Assembly: GCA_002633005.1 (NCBI GenBank)
Contig: NMRA01000538.1
Span: forward strand, 186,001 to 250,000
Source: Phoronis australis
Lineage: Eukaryota; Animalia; Phoronida
DNA: 64,000 nucleotides
Direction of reading: 5' to 3'
Shown here: positions 1-13,330 of the stretch, in pieces
How positions within the stretch are numbered: position 1 is the stretch's first letter
Layout of the letters: each line of letters opens with the position of its first letter
The notes under the pieces: generated by a model
Database searches by the model: none
Told to the model about the DNA's origin: nothing
What the model saw: only the letters and a program-made list of their open reading frames with translations
Program-made: the position numbers and the translations under genes

Positions 1-3000
1 CATTTTGATTTCAGATTTCCTATTAAAAATTAATATTTCATTTTATAAGTCAGATTGCCCGCACAGTTTTTGTTCTTTGTAGATTAATAGGCAATGTCAT
101 GGTTCAGAAGTTTAACTTTTAAAATACATCAACTTAAACTTCAGGTTAAACTGTTATGGTATATTGTTGTTTCACTCTTTAGAATATTTGCAAGTACAAT
201 TTGCCATTGCGTGGTTTCTAGAACTATTCTAACACACTATAAAGTCAGTTGAATGTGTCATATGAGTTAAAAGTAGTCACAAACGTTGTCAGGAAAAGAC
301 TGGGAATAGTTCAATGTTAATAAATTTCAAGGGGTTGCCAACAATGTGGCACAAAGCTCAATATCATGCATCATGTCAAAAGCCATGAGCACCAATGCTC
401 ACTGGCCATAAGGCAGCTTAAGCAGATGATGACAGAATGAATCCCACTGGATTTTCCAAGTGGCAGTCTCTACATATCCCATGTTCCATCGGTTTTTTAC
501 TCCTGTGAACAAGACCTTTGCAGACATAGTTTTATCAACATAACACATGCATTTTTATTGGCTTAGAAAACATTAACGCCCATGCCCCTATAAGCACCCC
601 CCACGCGTTTTCAGACTTCGCTAAAATAAGCGCCCACCCCATGAATGTGTGCACGCAAAAAATACCTTCCCTATAGTTTTGAAATTCTACAGTAACGTCT
701 TCAATTTATCAATATGATTCGACTGTGACTATACACATCAATCTTCCGCCACGCCTCAAAAAGAATGCACAAGTTTTGCTGATCTTGCGAGAAACATGTC
801 CCATTATGGTCTGGTTTTTCAGAACAGCTGCAGCGTAGTTGTCAAAGGGATTGTATTGTATCTTCTCTCTCAACAGGAATACAAATTACTTTGTACACGT
901 GAAAGCTGTGAATCGAAAACTAATAAAAACTTGACCGATGATAAAAACATGTGACGAGGAAGCGCGCGCTACATACCTGTCATCAAAGACATTAGTCATC
1001 AGAAACTATCCACTGATCAAAAGGGTAGCATAGCATCGACAATGAATAAATAAATATTGGCACTAATTTCTGAAAGTTTCTAATATCGTAAAAACGTTTG
1101 CATTATTTTCATGAGGAATTATTTAATTAATCATAATCATGATAGTCAGCACGTCCGCACCCTTCACCCCAGAACCTCCTCAAAAATAACTTTTAGACTG
1201 TCACGCATCCAGTCACCCGGCGACTCACCGAGACAATTCTCGAACGTTTTTCACAGATGACATCAACAAGTGCTGAATAAGACACGTTCTGCTTTACTGC
1301 TTGCATTAATTTCTTAAGCTACAATGCACACCTAGATTGTTACATTGCCTTTACTCTGGCAAATGAAATCTGATGACACGCACGCCCTCGCTCACTCACA
1401 CACATGCAGACGAACTTCAAAACAAACGTCACATGACAACAACGTGTGTTCGTTCAATACAGTAGAATTCGATGAACAAATTTTACAGACTATCAGCCGA
1501 AAACACATTGGCTACTTTTTGGAAACTAAATACACCTAGTATACCAAAATATAACAACAAAGAAGCAGAAAATGGGATGAGTTTCCTCAGAAATAGGGAC
1601 ATTTTGAACAGCCAATTGTAATTCAATAAGTTTTAATTACTCAAACCTCCCTATAGCCTTTGTGAACTTACTTATGGATGTAACATTACATCCTTCATCC
1701 ATGCTGCTCGTCGAGTGTTGAACATAGAGAAAACTTTTCTTGCGTTCAGCAGTACACCAAGCACTGCAGGACATGTCCGACTTGCAACACACTACGTGCA
1801 AAGTTAAACAGTCATGTATCTTTCCTCCTTAACAATCAAACGTATTCAATAGCAGTCACCATTTACAGCAAAACGAACAGCACACTGATAACTGCTTCAG
1901 AAAAGTTCAGTGGAATGCATAGTGATATTTTGCTGGATTTCAAATGAGTATGGCGTCCATAACACCACATGTTGTTGAATACCTTCTGTTCCTCGCTTAG
2001 GTTAGCATCCCACTGATGTCACTGAATAAAAAACAGCATGACGCAGGTTTCGAAGACTTAACGGAGGCTATCTTTCATCGTATCACGACTAAAAGGTTGA
2101 AGCTATTTTTTGATTAAATGCAATTTAACACAACACAAATACGGCAACTACTTCAATTAAAACGAGCATTCCGCCCTGCTGGTCCCTGAACACTGATGCC
2201 GAGCTGATGAGTGATCAGATGGTAATTAAAAGACTTGACATGACGGAACTAATTACTCTGTGCAGAGCCTAATGAGCATAGCTTTTATCAGTACCTCATT
2301 ATCACTTATGACAGTGACATCAATACATCAGAGAACAAAAGAAGTACTTTCGCATTCCGTGTCCGTTGAGCAATGAAAAACTACGCTACTGGACTCTGTC
2401 TTAATGAACAGAATAGCCTGGTTATAAAGACTAATTAATACAAAACAACTATGTGACCAGACTTCACTGATTAGATAAAGTTATTGAAGCTTGAAGCAAA
2501 ATAATATCACAAGGATAGTCAGGCCTTGCAAAATTTGAATGCTACAATTCTATCACGGGTCATCTCTCAAATTAAAATAAATACTGATGGCGAAAAAATT
2601 AGGAAATCCAGTTTGATGTGTATAATTAGCATACATTTAATACAAGTTTTGGTAGTGACATCTGTGGTCACCTTCTCACAAGGATTTTCATCGGTGGCTG
2701 TCAAGCTGTGATTATTTTTTGCTTCTTTATCACTGAGTTAACAACAAGGTCTTAGAAGGTCGGCTATCAGCCACACTCTGGGTTCTGCTGCTTTGAAAGC
2801 CTCCAACTTCTGAGTTAAGGTTCCAGTGAGGTTCAAATCATGGTGGAACAGTTTTTTGAATTCACAACGCCAATGATGTACATACCAAAACCTGGTACAA
2901 TGAGTGACGCTAAGAAAACATTCGCGTCGCAACTGGTGAGTTGGGTAAAAACTGGTGTTGCCAATTCAAATCTGAGCTCGCAAAAAAATGTTCTTAATTC

Positions 3001-4742
3001 TACAAATGTCCGCAGCGCTTCATATTTGAACTAGAATAGACATGATTTTGTTGTAATTCCTTTTCCTTGGAAGAAATTGTTGTATTACAGTAAATTATTT
3101 TCTTTTAATCGTTTTCCGTATGTCACCCAAATAAATCAAAAACCCCATCTAAATGTTCGAAAACACAATTGAAAACACCAACAGTTCATGGATATCCATG
3201 CAGACAGTCGTGATGACTTTACTCGTAGCGGAGATGATGCACTTGTTTACTCACAAACATACTCAAATTTGGCACGGCATCGCGAAATGTCTGAAGTGAT
3301 AATGGGCAAGTAATAACAAATGAGATTTGGCCCCGATACTGATCGGACAGAATACTTATAATGTTTCGTCTGTATTTGATCACACACCATCTTAGAGATA
3401 TTATTTCACCAAGAAAACTTATACATTGTATGTCGGCACCAAAATGTGTGGGAAAAGTTCAAAAGTATCACCCATTTTCTCAGAAAACATACACAAAGCA
3501 AGCAGTGGAAAATCTTAGGAGTTAGAGGACACATTTGGTGAATAAACTAAAGTTTGAAGTCGCATTTGCACTGCAGCGTTCCAGGTAATATCGCCGCCAG
3601 CAAACTGAGGTCGCATGGGTGCTCATGCTCACCAAATCGGATGCTGTGCAATAATATAAACATCAAGGACAGTGGAGAAATAACAGTTGCCAAGAAATCA
3701 TTAATCATTCCACTGTAATGCACACAACTAAGATATACCAGTAAACTAATAACTATACCCCGTCCAGTAACCAGCAACTAACTTTGAAAGGTAAAGCCAT
3801 TGAAAAATGAAAAAAATGTCAATTTTGGCAATTATTTCTGTCCAAACTTGGTGAGAGTTCACTGTATAAGAAGTTCAAAGTTTGGTCAATTAACTTGCTC
3901 ATAACCTACTTATAACCTTAAGACAAGACAGCTAAAAGTTGAAAAACTAAAAGAATTACCACAATTACTTAAAAGCCTAGAAAAAAACATTAATTTTTAG
4001 CTAATTTCACAGTGAATAAAAAGACAACATACAACACACTACTTTTGGAATTTTTTATTTGTTAATTCATCAATAGATGTCACTACTGTTTCATTAATGT
4101 TCAATATCTGCTGCCACCTACTTGTGGCTAACATATTTCTACAGTGCACCTTGCCTGCATGCTTAAAAAGCAACTCTTAAAAAAATGAAAATAGTTTACA
4201 GTATAATTTCTGAATTACACTCATTAAAAACATTAAATTTTTCATGAAAATCTGATGATGATGAAGAAACATTTAAAGCTGCATTCCCTGTTACACACGT
4301 TGACATCTTCAACGTAGCGCTTCGAACTAAAAAACATTACCACGGTCATACGATCTTGAGTTATTGCTGAATTAGCCAGCAATTCAAGTCACAGGCAATG
4401 CGTTCATGTGCCATGTTTGAATCCACAATTTTAGGGTTGGCCAAACCAATAAACTCAGTCACTGATAATTTTGATGTTCTAGTTGGTAATGGAAATAAAA
4501 ATCCTATCAATGTAAGTAGTACTACAAAACCGATTTGATGAGAGTAAAAGCCCTGATTCAATTTTTGTTTTTAGTTCACTAAAAAGGGCAAAATGCAACT
4601 TTGAAAACAAAACAAACATCACAAAACACAAGTTGTTGATGTTGATTTCAAATGGCGAGTAAAAACAGGGAAACGAACTGAAACCAACCCTCACTCCTGG
4701 TTTTCTATCCTAAACGATGAAATAAACATTCAATACTTTTGG

Positions 4743-5450
4743 AATTTATCGTAATCTATTTTGCCCGGGATACGCCACGAGTTATGTTGCAGAGTAAAAC
4801 AAGAGGAGGATTGGGAATATTGCCATTTATTATGACGTAAATAGATAAAAATAAATAAGACTCTGCAAGATGGGCATGGACAAAACGCCCACCGGCGTGT
4901 ACAATGAATAGCCCTGAAAGAGGGAACAAAACAAAAGAACTGCCTGAAGGGCTTAAACGAAAGTACAGAACATGAACACAAAACTTGAAAAAACTAACAG
5001 GAAATGTATATGAGCAAAGAGAAAGTGGAACCGACACCCGGGATGGGGGGTGGGAAAAAATGAAGAGAACGAACGTAGGTCTTGTAGACGACGAGGTAGG
5101 TGGCTGAATGAGAAACCACACTGAACTGAACAAAGGAAATATGAGCGACCAATCAGGAGTCGCGTAGAGAAACGTATGAATACAAAAGTAGGCGCTTTAG
5201 GCTATAAATAGAGATGAGTAATGCAAAATAAACCCTAAGGACTGGTATCAAAATAAAGAGACAAGTGTCAAAATAATGACGATAAATGCATTTAACAAGT
5301 TAAATTTAATTTATCGTAATCTATTTTGCCCGGGGTACACCACGAGCTATGTTGCAGAGTAAAACAAGAGGAGGATTGGGAATATTGTCATTTATTATGA
5401 TGTAAATAGATAAAACTAAGACTCTGCAAGATGGGCATGGACAAAACGCC
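4743..5450. repeat. Pair of ~145-bp direct repeats (4743-4889 and 5308-5450)
   Basis: Seen directly: AATTTATCGTAATCTATTTTGCCCGGG...GATGGGCATGGACAAAACGCC occurs twice with few substitutions and one small indel, 565 bp apart. Confidence 0.85.
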
Positions 5451-8012
5451 ATAATGGCAGCAGGGGAATGCTGACATCGCCCATCCGAGGAAGCGGAACC
5501 CGGGCAATAACAAGGTTAGACTATGATAAAATATAGGTACTAACAACGGTATAACAGAAAACTAGAATACTTAAGTCTAGAATATAAAAAACAAGAACAT
5601 AAGGAAATGGAAGTAAAGTTAACTAGAACTAATGACTAGAAATTGAAGCCTGCAACTACAGGCCTTGGGCCACAGGCTGCAACAACAGACCTGACCTACG
5701 GGGCTGAAACCACAGACCCAGAGGAGTGGGAGGGGCTGAAAAGCAAAGTGAGAGAAGTGGGGAGCTGCAACAACAGGCTCACCAGGAGTTCAAGAAGCCT
5801 GGGGAAGAGGAAAAGCAGACATGCAACTTGTCTTGGTAGCAGCCCATCTTGTCGGGCTTTCAAACAATGATTTTCTGGTCTGGGCCATTCAGAACACATG
5901 GGCGGTAATAAAAATACCTTCTCAGCCAATGCCATAAATCCTTGTTTGTTAAACTGTGTTTACTTGGACAGACCAACTGGGACAGTGTGACTTATGATAC
6001 AGATGATTTACAACAATTTGCAAAATCTAAGCCACTATGCAGACTACATACCCTTTCCAAGCCCAATATGAAGGTTTATTCAATATTTTTAAAAATGATA
6101 CATCTTTAACAATATCAGCTGGTTCTGCTGTGCTAAAATAACTTCAGGTTACTTAAAAGTTGCAACATGTAACCAGTTTAAAATCAACATTTCGGCATAA
6201 CATGTTAAGCTAATTTTACAATTGTGCATTTTTATGAATAATGCAATAAAGTAAAAGAGAACACGACAACACCGAATGCTGTTTTGTTTTGTTATTTTAC
6301 GTGACAAATTATACTGTTTTGTTCGGACACAAAAATGTTATGGTAGGAATAACAGAATGTGTCAGACAAATGGAGTCTCAAAGAGTAGACCACCATAGAC
6401 ACCACAGGCTTTTGGTTAGGTTTCTGAGAATAATTAGACACCTCAGGTAATAATTTTTGATAAATGATAATTCACTCGTTAAATATATGTGAGAATATGG
6501 ACTCGTCCCTCTTATACCCCCATCTTTCGCACTTGTCCAATAACCTCTTGTGTAGATTCGCATGTGGTCCTCCTGCACTCGAGGCACTAGGACATTCCAT
6601 TTCCAGTCTCACTATTGGTTCGTTTGTATTACTGCCACGAGTTTGGTCAGCTCCTGGCTCCCATAGGCTGATGATTGTCACGTGTCATAGGGCTCCTTTG
6701 TTCTCAGTAAAGTTATATTTCCTGCCATCAGTACTTCGCTTTGGCAGCACTTAGGTTCGAGTCTAATCTCTCTTCATTTTTTTGCATTTCCTGATCTCAG
6801 TTCCTACGTTCCCGGTAAGCATGCTTTTATTCCTCCCTCTGCTCTGTCATGCCAGTTCACGGCCTTTCTCTGGGATCACCCTACGTCTGCTGGCTGGGCC
6901 ATTTTGCCCTCAGCCATGCTCGGTCTCTTGACCTATTTAACCTCAGGTTCGATCCCCGTCTTGTCAAGCCACTTCTTGGGCCTCTCGGGTGCCACCCTAG
7001 CCCTCGGGCCCCGATCCATTTTCTATCTCCTCACCTGTGTCTATTATAGTGACACTTGAGTGCTGGCGCTTTTTAATGCCCATCTTTCCAGAGATTATAA
7101 TTTTATCTTTATGTTATTTGTACACTCATATTTCTGTACCTCATCAATCATAATAAATGACCTTATATCGCCTATACACGGTCTCCTGTGTATCTCTGGA
7201 AATGGAGCTTGCGACGCACCTATTATTTTCGGGACATATTCCGAACATAAAAGAGGACTCAAAACTACAGTGGGCACTAGACCTAAGAATGTGACAGCAG
7301 TGATATTCTATAGGTTAAAACCACTGCCCTGTACTCTCACGATCAATAAAATTTAGCATGGAAAGTCGTCGTTTTTTGTCAACTTCAACCTTGCTGGACA
7401 AATAGAGATGACAGCAATATGGACCCACTGTAAATATGTCCGGCGCATAATAAAAACTAAATGTCATTGAAAATTTAGCCTTTTTGTTAGATTGGCACAA
7501 ATCGGTGAACTACAACGGAAGAGAAATAATGCATATGACAAATGATGTTCTATTGTTGATATGTCCTAACCTTTGTTGTGTAACCTGCCTGAGTAACACA
7601 ATGGGGCAACTTGACTTGTGTACACCAACACCTAAGGGAATGAACATAACACCCCAAAGAACTCAGGGAAATTTGAATGTCGGGGGAAGGGGGATCCCAT
7701 CATGCCCAGATTGAGAGAATTCCTGAAAATCCCTGAACACAAACGTTAAGAGATTTGACAAACTTTAACATTCTTCTGTAATGACACAATACTTGATTAT
7801 TTTGCTGCACTTTTTTCTGTACAAATTTTCGCAAATGATTTATATTGTTGAGATTATTTTGAAAACTGCAATCTCATGAATTTTTCTTGTAATGAGTTTT
7901 TGATCTTTTTCATTTTCCAATTGTTTTAAGCTATGTACTCTTCATGCACCAAAAGACATGTCACGTTTCCAGGTTTTCTATATTTTTTGAGGCACTAAAA
8001 ACGATCACTCAC

Positions 8013-8149
8013 TTGATTTGGCCAAACTTGAACAGGACGAAGGGGTGGGTGGTTGCAATGTCTTCTCCTTCATAATCTGTGTCCGGCGCGAGAACGCTTG
8101 TAACAGAGACATCAGTCTTTCGCTCATAGCACTGCTCATTCCAGACATA
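8013..8149 (-). CDS. Internal exon of the CNGB-like gene with ERLxxLxxAFxxRTxxxKEKxxQPPTPSS motif
   Basis: catttacag acceptor and gtgagt donor; the frame set by the upstream exon is open and gives the motif (a different frame from the ORF track entry). Confidence 0.75.
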
Positions 8150-11100
8150 CTGTAAATGATTGAAACAAACAGAAATATAAAAACTATGATAAGTCACCTA
8201 TAAACCATGAAGTTGATAATTTAGTAACCATCAGATGATGCAGCCGTTCCAGCACAGCAAACACAAACTCTGAGAAGGGGCACTGATAGCAGACCAAAAC
8301 GACAGATGCTGGGATGATCAACATCCTACCAGGCATCCTGAATCTGTCAAACAACTATTAGAATTATCTTAAATCAAAAACAGTGATTTGTCAACATTTT
8401 AAATATTTCTTTAAATGGACATTTGCCCAAGAAAATCAGGACACTAGGGATGATGAGATATGATGATGTTGCGACACTTCACAAGGTGCCATTTTCAGTC
8501 TATTATTTGAAGCAGCCTAAAAGGCAATTCAAATGGGAGTTTCAAAGTATTTTGTACAAAGCAAAAGCAGTAGTGGAAGAAATTATACAACCAGCGATAT
8601 GCACTTACTGGGAAGTATTGAAGTTGCTTAATGGTGAGCTACAGGTGCTCCGCCTATTGGCAGCCACAAACTCGCTCCATGTGGAGGTCATGCTGCGAGA
8701 TCTTGACACGCGGCGTGGATTAATCACATGGTCAATGCTGAGATGAGATCCTGATCCTCTTGGCGTAACGGGGATGTCTATGCTACTGGCTAAAGAATGG
8801 CGCCTGGAATCTCCTAAAATAGCACCAACATTTGCCATAATTATCTGATTTCTCCAATTCAGTCTCGTACAGATCAATCTATAAACACAATTCTCATCAC
8901 ACGCAAAAACACTGCACAATCTAATGCCTTTGAAATAATTTATTTTCATCACTTCACATGGGTATCATTGCCCATTTCATGACACCATGTACGTCACCAA
9001 TACGTTTGTACAACAACCATTGAGCGCCATCAATTATCGTTATCACAAACAGTGATCTACTTCCTTTTACAACAAGCAGTTCAATTACTGCATAAGCACT
9101 GACTTCACAGCAATAAAGCACTGCTTGAAACAAATTGCAAATGTCGTGGAATGAAGGTGGCGACTTTTTTGCCGTTTGGTTTCCGAAACTGAATTCCTGG
9201 TGAGGAGTTAGGTTAGGTTCATTATATGCCCAAAGTGCACTTTAAATTATGTACACTACAGTAAAGTTTCTATAAATTTGAAGAAAATATAATGGCCAAA
9301 ATTATTTTTGATTACACCAAGAATGTTCAAATTTTCATCGTATGTTTGTTGATTACAGCCGTAGTATATGAAGTTTTCAAATTGTAGTAAACGTAAAGTT
9401 GTCCTCTTGTTTACCGTTAATAAAAATAGTTCTATCGTATTGTGTTCTAATTTAAAGGAACTTCACTGTATTCATAAGCATTTCCATTGAATTCAAGTCC
9501 ATCTTTTATAGATAATTAGCATGCGAGTGGTGATGCATGACAAGACTGAATGAGCGCTTAAGGGGAACTACCTTGGAACAGAAACTAAATAGATACTAAA
9601 CGAGAGATATTTGTAATGACCTCTAACTTTAAAAATTAATATGTTTTAAAAACTGTGAAGTTTGAGAAAGGGAAAAATTAAGATTTTCCTCAAGATCGGA
9701 GTACATACAAAGTTTTAGAAATAGGCAATAACGACCGTCTCAAATTCAAGAATTACAATTTTCGACGAATTATTATTGATCTGCATGTCACGTACCAGAA
9801 GGACACGTGTGACGGTGGCTACTTTCGATGATTAAACAAACTGCTCAGTCTATTTTCAGACGCAGCGTTTGTCTGATGTATTAGAAATCTGATCAACGTC
9901 AAAGTTGCCCAAGTTTCATTCCCAAGAATTACCAAAATTTAATTTCAGTTTGAGTTTTGTAGTCACAAATTTTTGAGACTGCCAAAGCTGGAAAACTTTT
10001 ACCGTATATTAAACAACTCTTACACTAACATGATTTGCACACAAGTGGACGAGAAAGTGTGCAATTTTCACCCCCAAGTATCCAGTGCATTCCTCGGCAC
10101 ATCAAAAGCTTGATGGTAACATCACAGACTTAACAGAGCTAGTCGCTATTCATGGGCTTCATCAAAAGTGTATTGGGACAAGATAATTGTGGTCGTAAAC
10201 CGTATAAGTTTCAAAGTAAAAAACGAACAACAAGTAAGGCAAAACAAGCAACTGAGTGTTTTTAAAATTGGAAAGTAAATATTAACCGTCTACGAATTTT
10301 TAAAGTTGATGCATTATAACTGAAATTAGCAAATGGATTTTCTTGAACAGCGCTGCTAAGTCATGTGCATTAATTTGTGAATCGATTAGGACAGGTCAAC
10401 CAAAGTCTGGCTTAGACATCGGGGTGAAAAAATCACAAATGCTAGTGTATGAGTTGCCTCGTGGAATTTTTGAAGTACCTAGTATGTAACGTAATCATAG
10501 GTTGCACCAAACTGTACATGAAAAGAATCCTACATTGGCAACCTCACTGGTGAGATTGGGCAACTCGACCGGTATGTGTACCTCGAAATTTGCCAGCACT
10601 GATCAAAGAGACCATGCTGTTGTAGTAAACGACATCGTCTCAGGCTTCTGATGTTATCATTCTCTAGACAATCAGACCCATCCTAAACACACTGGGTGTG
10701 ACAATATCATTTTTACATTTTCATTTTGGAAGTTTTTAAATAGCCTATTTGAACAGTTTGTGAACAGTACACGCGATTAGGTTTTTGAATTTTGAATATC
10801 AGACAAGAAATGTGACCTACAACTAAAAATCTTGCCACATTATCCCCCTCATTAATTCTGCTGCCTGTGCAACATAAGTGGGTCAATCACCAAACCACCA
10901 GGCAGAGTTGGATTTTGAAGCCAAGTGTCCTCCTACAGTTCTTAGCATGAGAAACCGGTGTCAAGTCGTTCTCCTTTTATCACAGTTAACCACTTTCAGT
11001 ATCTTTTATCTCTCCATATACTTTGATTGAGACATTGATTATTCAATATAAGGAACACAAATTTGAAACCAAATAGTAGCAGTAGCATTTGGGTTTAAGC

Positions 11101-11406
11101 ACACTGACCATTATTCCTACCGGGAACTGCCAAAGTATTTTCCATCTTCGGAGTACTGACTGACGAAGAGTAGAGACTCAGCTGTCGAGAGGATGCATTG
11201 GACATATTCCAAAACTGACTACTGCAAGCAGACGTTAAGGAGAGAGACCTTCTCGACTTTGAACTGTCAGAACCACTGGGAAATAAAGGCTCGTTTTTTA
11301 CATCATCAAACATGAAGACAGGGTTCTCCTTGGCCGTGTCCTCATTGCAAGCCTTTTGGTCGCTGGTAACTTGAATAAGAGGAGCAGTGGGAGATCTGGC
11401 AGCCAT
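8013..11406 (-). CDS. 5' coding exons of a multi-exon gene, putatively a cyclic nucleotide-gated channel beta-subunit-like (CNGB/TAX-2-like) protein; rest probably beyond the left edge
   Basis: Three AG/GT-bounded exons join in frame: 11406-11121 (ATG, MAARSPTAPLIQVTSD..., phase 1), 8813-8609 (GDSRRHSLASS..., phase 2), 8149-8013 (MSGMSSAMSERLMSLLQAFSRRTQIMKEKTLQPPTPSSCSS, phase 1). The last resembles the CNGB N-terminal motif as I recall it (CNGB1 [24 protein letters not shown]). Exon structure is well supported; product is inferred from one motif. Confidence 0.55.
8609..8813 (-). CDS. Internal exon of the CNGB-like gene
   Basis: attttag acceptor and gtaagt donor; phase 1 to 2 fits both neighbours. 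Confidence 0.75.
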
Positions 11407-11414
11407 TGTTCCAC
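11121..11414 (-). CDS. Exon with putative start ATG (11406) of the CNGB-like gene; Ser-rich N-terminus
   Basis: Acceptor cttctttttatcttag before 11414, donor gtagga after 11121, open frame (ORF track 11095..11436). Confidence 0.7.
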
Positions 11415-11988
11415 CTAAGATAAAAAGAAGCAACAAATGATTACTCTCTGATAAATTCTCTTGAAATGTGACGAAAAGAGTAAGACATAAGCAGACAGTA
11501 TACTGTAGTATCGGGTTTTATAGCTATCACATTAAAGCTAATTATGATTTTTGTCCATAATCTTGTCAAAATAAAGATCATAAACAACATTCTTGACTCT
11601 TAAAGTGAATTGGTAAAATTTACCAAAATTACAGAGAACTCCACCTCTGTTAATTTTGACACATTTTCCAAGAGAATGTCAAGTGGTCATGAGATAGTTA
11701 TCGGAGAATTACAACATTTCATTTTTAAGATGTAGATTTTGGTAGGTCTCAAACCGTTTTCAAACAATATCATTAACAAATATTAGACAAGAACAGAAAC
11801 TATGGATGTTTCTCCACCATACAACAAATCAATAACACACATAAACCTGAACCTTTGTAACCAAGTAAACTGTCTGTTACCTGGTTGTTATTAACACCCT
11901 TTACTCCTTATTATTATAGAGCAAAATGAATAGATGGTAATAAGACCTATGTGCTGCAAGTGAAAAGCGACAGCTTTCTGGTAAGCAC

Positions 11989-12251
11989 CAAGAAGGAATA
12001 AACAACTACATCTTAGTCTTATGGAGAAGACATAAACAACTGTGTTTTAGCCTTTTCATAGAGGTGAACAACTGCAACTTATGGTGGCCTTAAAGACTTG
12101 ACCAATTGCAACATAGCTTTATCAAGAAGACGTAAACAACTCCAACCATAACCTAATTGAGGAGACATAAATAACCAAGATTTATCCTTATTTAAAGAAG
12201 ACATGAACAACTGTGACTTAGTCTTATCAAGAAGACGTGGGTAAAACAACT
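11989..12251. repeat. Degenerate ~34-bp minisatellite (consensus about AAGAAGACATAAACAACTGTGACTTAGTCTTATC), ~8 units
   Basis: AACAACT-type cores recur near 12001, 12035, 12067, 12101, 12135, 12169, 12206 and 12245; a related unit reappears near 14343. Confidence 0.7.
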
Positions 12252-12435
12252 ACCAATGGCCGCTGGGAGGAAAGGGAAGAGTCGTGTGTAAATTATGGGT
12301 GTGAAGATACTTTTGATGGCCGTGTTTTACGAGGATAATCATTGTGTCCGATGAAACATAGGTTGCAGGTCATGTGAGCTCTGAAAAAGTTGTCTGCCTA
12401 TAAAATTACATTTGTCATGCTAGTGACACGAGCGC

Positions 12436-12630
12436 AACAGGAGAGAAACGTGAAACGACACGAGAGAAACGTGAAACGACAAGTGAGAAACGTGAAACAA
12501 CAGGAGAGAAACGTGAAACGACGAGAGAAACGTGAAACAACAAGAGAGAAACGTGAAACGACAAGAGAGAAACGTGAAACGACAAGAGAGAAACGTGAAA
12601 CGACAAGAGAGAAACGTGAAACGACAAGAG
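12436..12630. repeat. 21-bp minisatellite (ACAAGAGAGAAACGTGAAACG)n running into an assembly gap
   Basis: About 9 near-perfect units seen directly before the N run. Confidence 0.95.
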
Positions 12631-13330
12631 NNNNNNNNNNNNNNNNNNNNNNNNNNNNNNNNNNNNNNNNNNNNNNNNNNNNNNNNNNNNNNNNNNNNNN
12701 NNNNNNNNNNNNNNNNNNNNNNNNNNNNNNNNNNNNNNNNNNNNNNNNNNNNNNNNNNNNNNNNNNNNNNNNNNNNNNNNNNNNNNNNNNNNNNNNNNNN
12801 NNNNNNNNNNNNNNNNNNNNNNNNNNNNNNNNNNNNNNNNNNNNNNNNNNNNNNNNNNNNNNNNNNNNNNNNNNNNNNNNNNNNNNNNNNNNNNNNNNNN
12901 NNNNNNNNNNNNNNNNNNNNNNNNNNNNNNNNNNNNNNNNNNNNNNNNNNNNNNNNNNNNNNNNNNNNNNNNNNNNNNNNNNNNNNNNNNNNNNNNNNNN
13001 NNNNNNNNNNNNNNNNNNNNNNNNNNNNNNNNNNNNNNNNNNNNNNNNNNNNNNNNNNNNNNNNNNNNNNNNNNNNNNNNNNNNNNNNNNNNNNNNNNNN
13101 NNNNNNNNNNNNNNNNNNNNNNNNNNNNNNNNNNNNNNNNNNNNNNNNNNNNNNNNNNNNNNNNNNNNNNNNNNNNNNNNNNNNNNNNNNNNNNNNNNNN
13201 NNNNNNNNNNNNNNNNNNNNNNNNNNNNNNNNNNNNNNNNNNNNNNNNNNNNNNNNNNNNNNNNNNNNNNNNNNNNNNNNNNNNNNNNNNNNNNNNNNNN
13301 NNNNNNNNNNNNNNNNNNNNNNNNNNNNNN
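12631..13330. other. Assembly gap (700 N)
   Basis: Run of N. Confidence 1.

Noticed and set aside
403-502. Phase-compatible candidate next exon of the CNGB-like gene (RVKNRWNMGYVETATWK...)
   Set aside because: Splice signals are plausible but there is no recognisable similarity, so it cannot be supported.
6378-7050. Short overlapping ORFs in GC-richer sequence
   Set aside because: No recognisable motifs or consistent splice sites; probably an unclassified repeat remnant.
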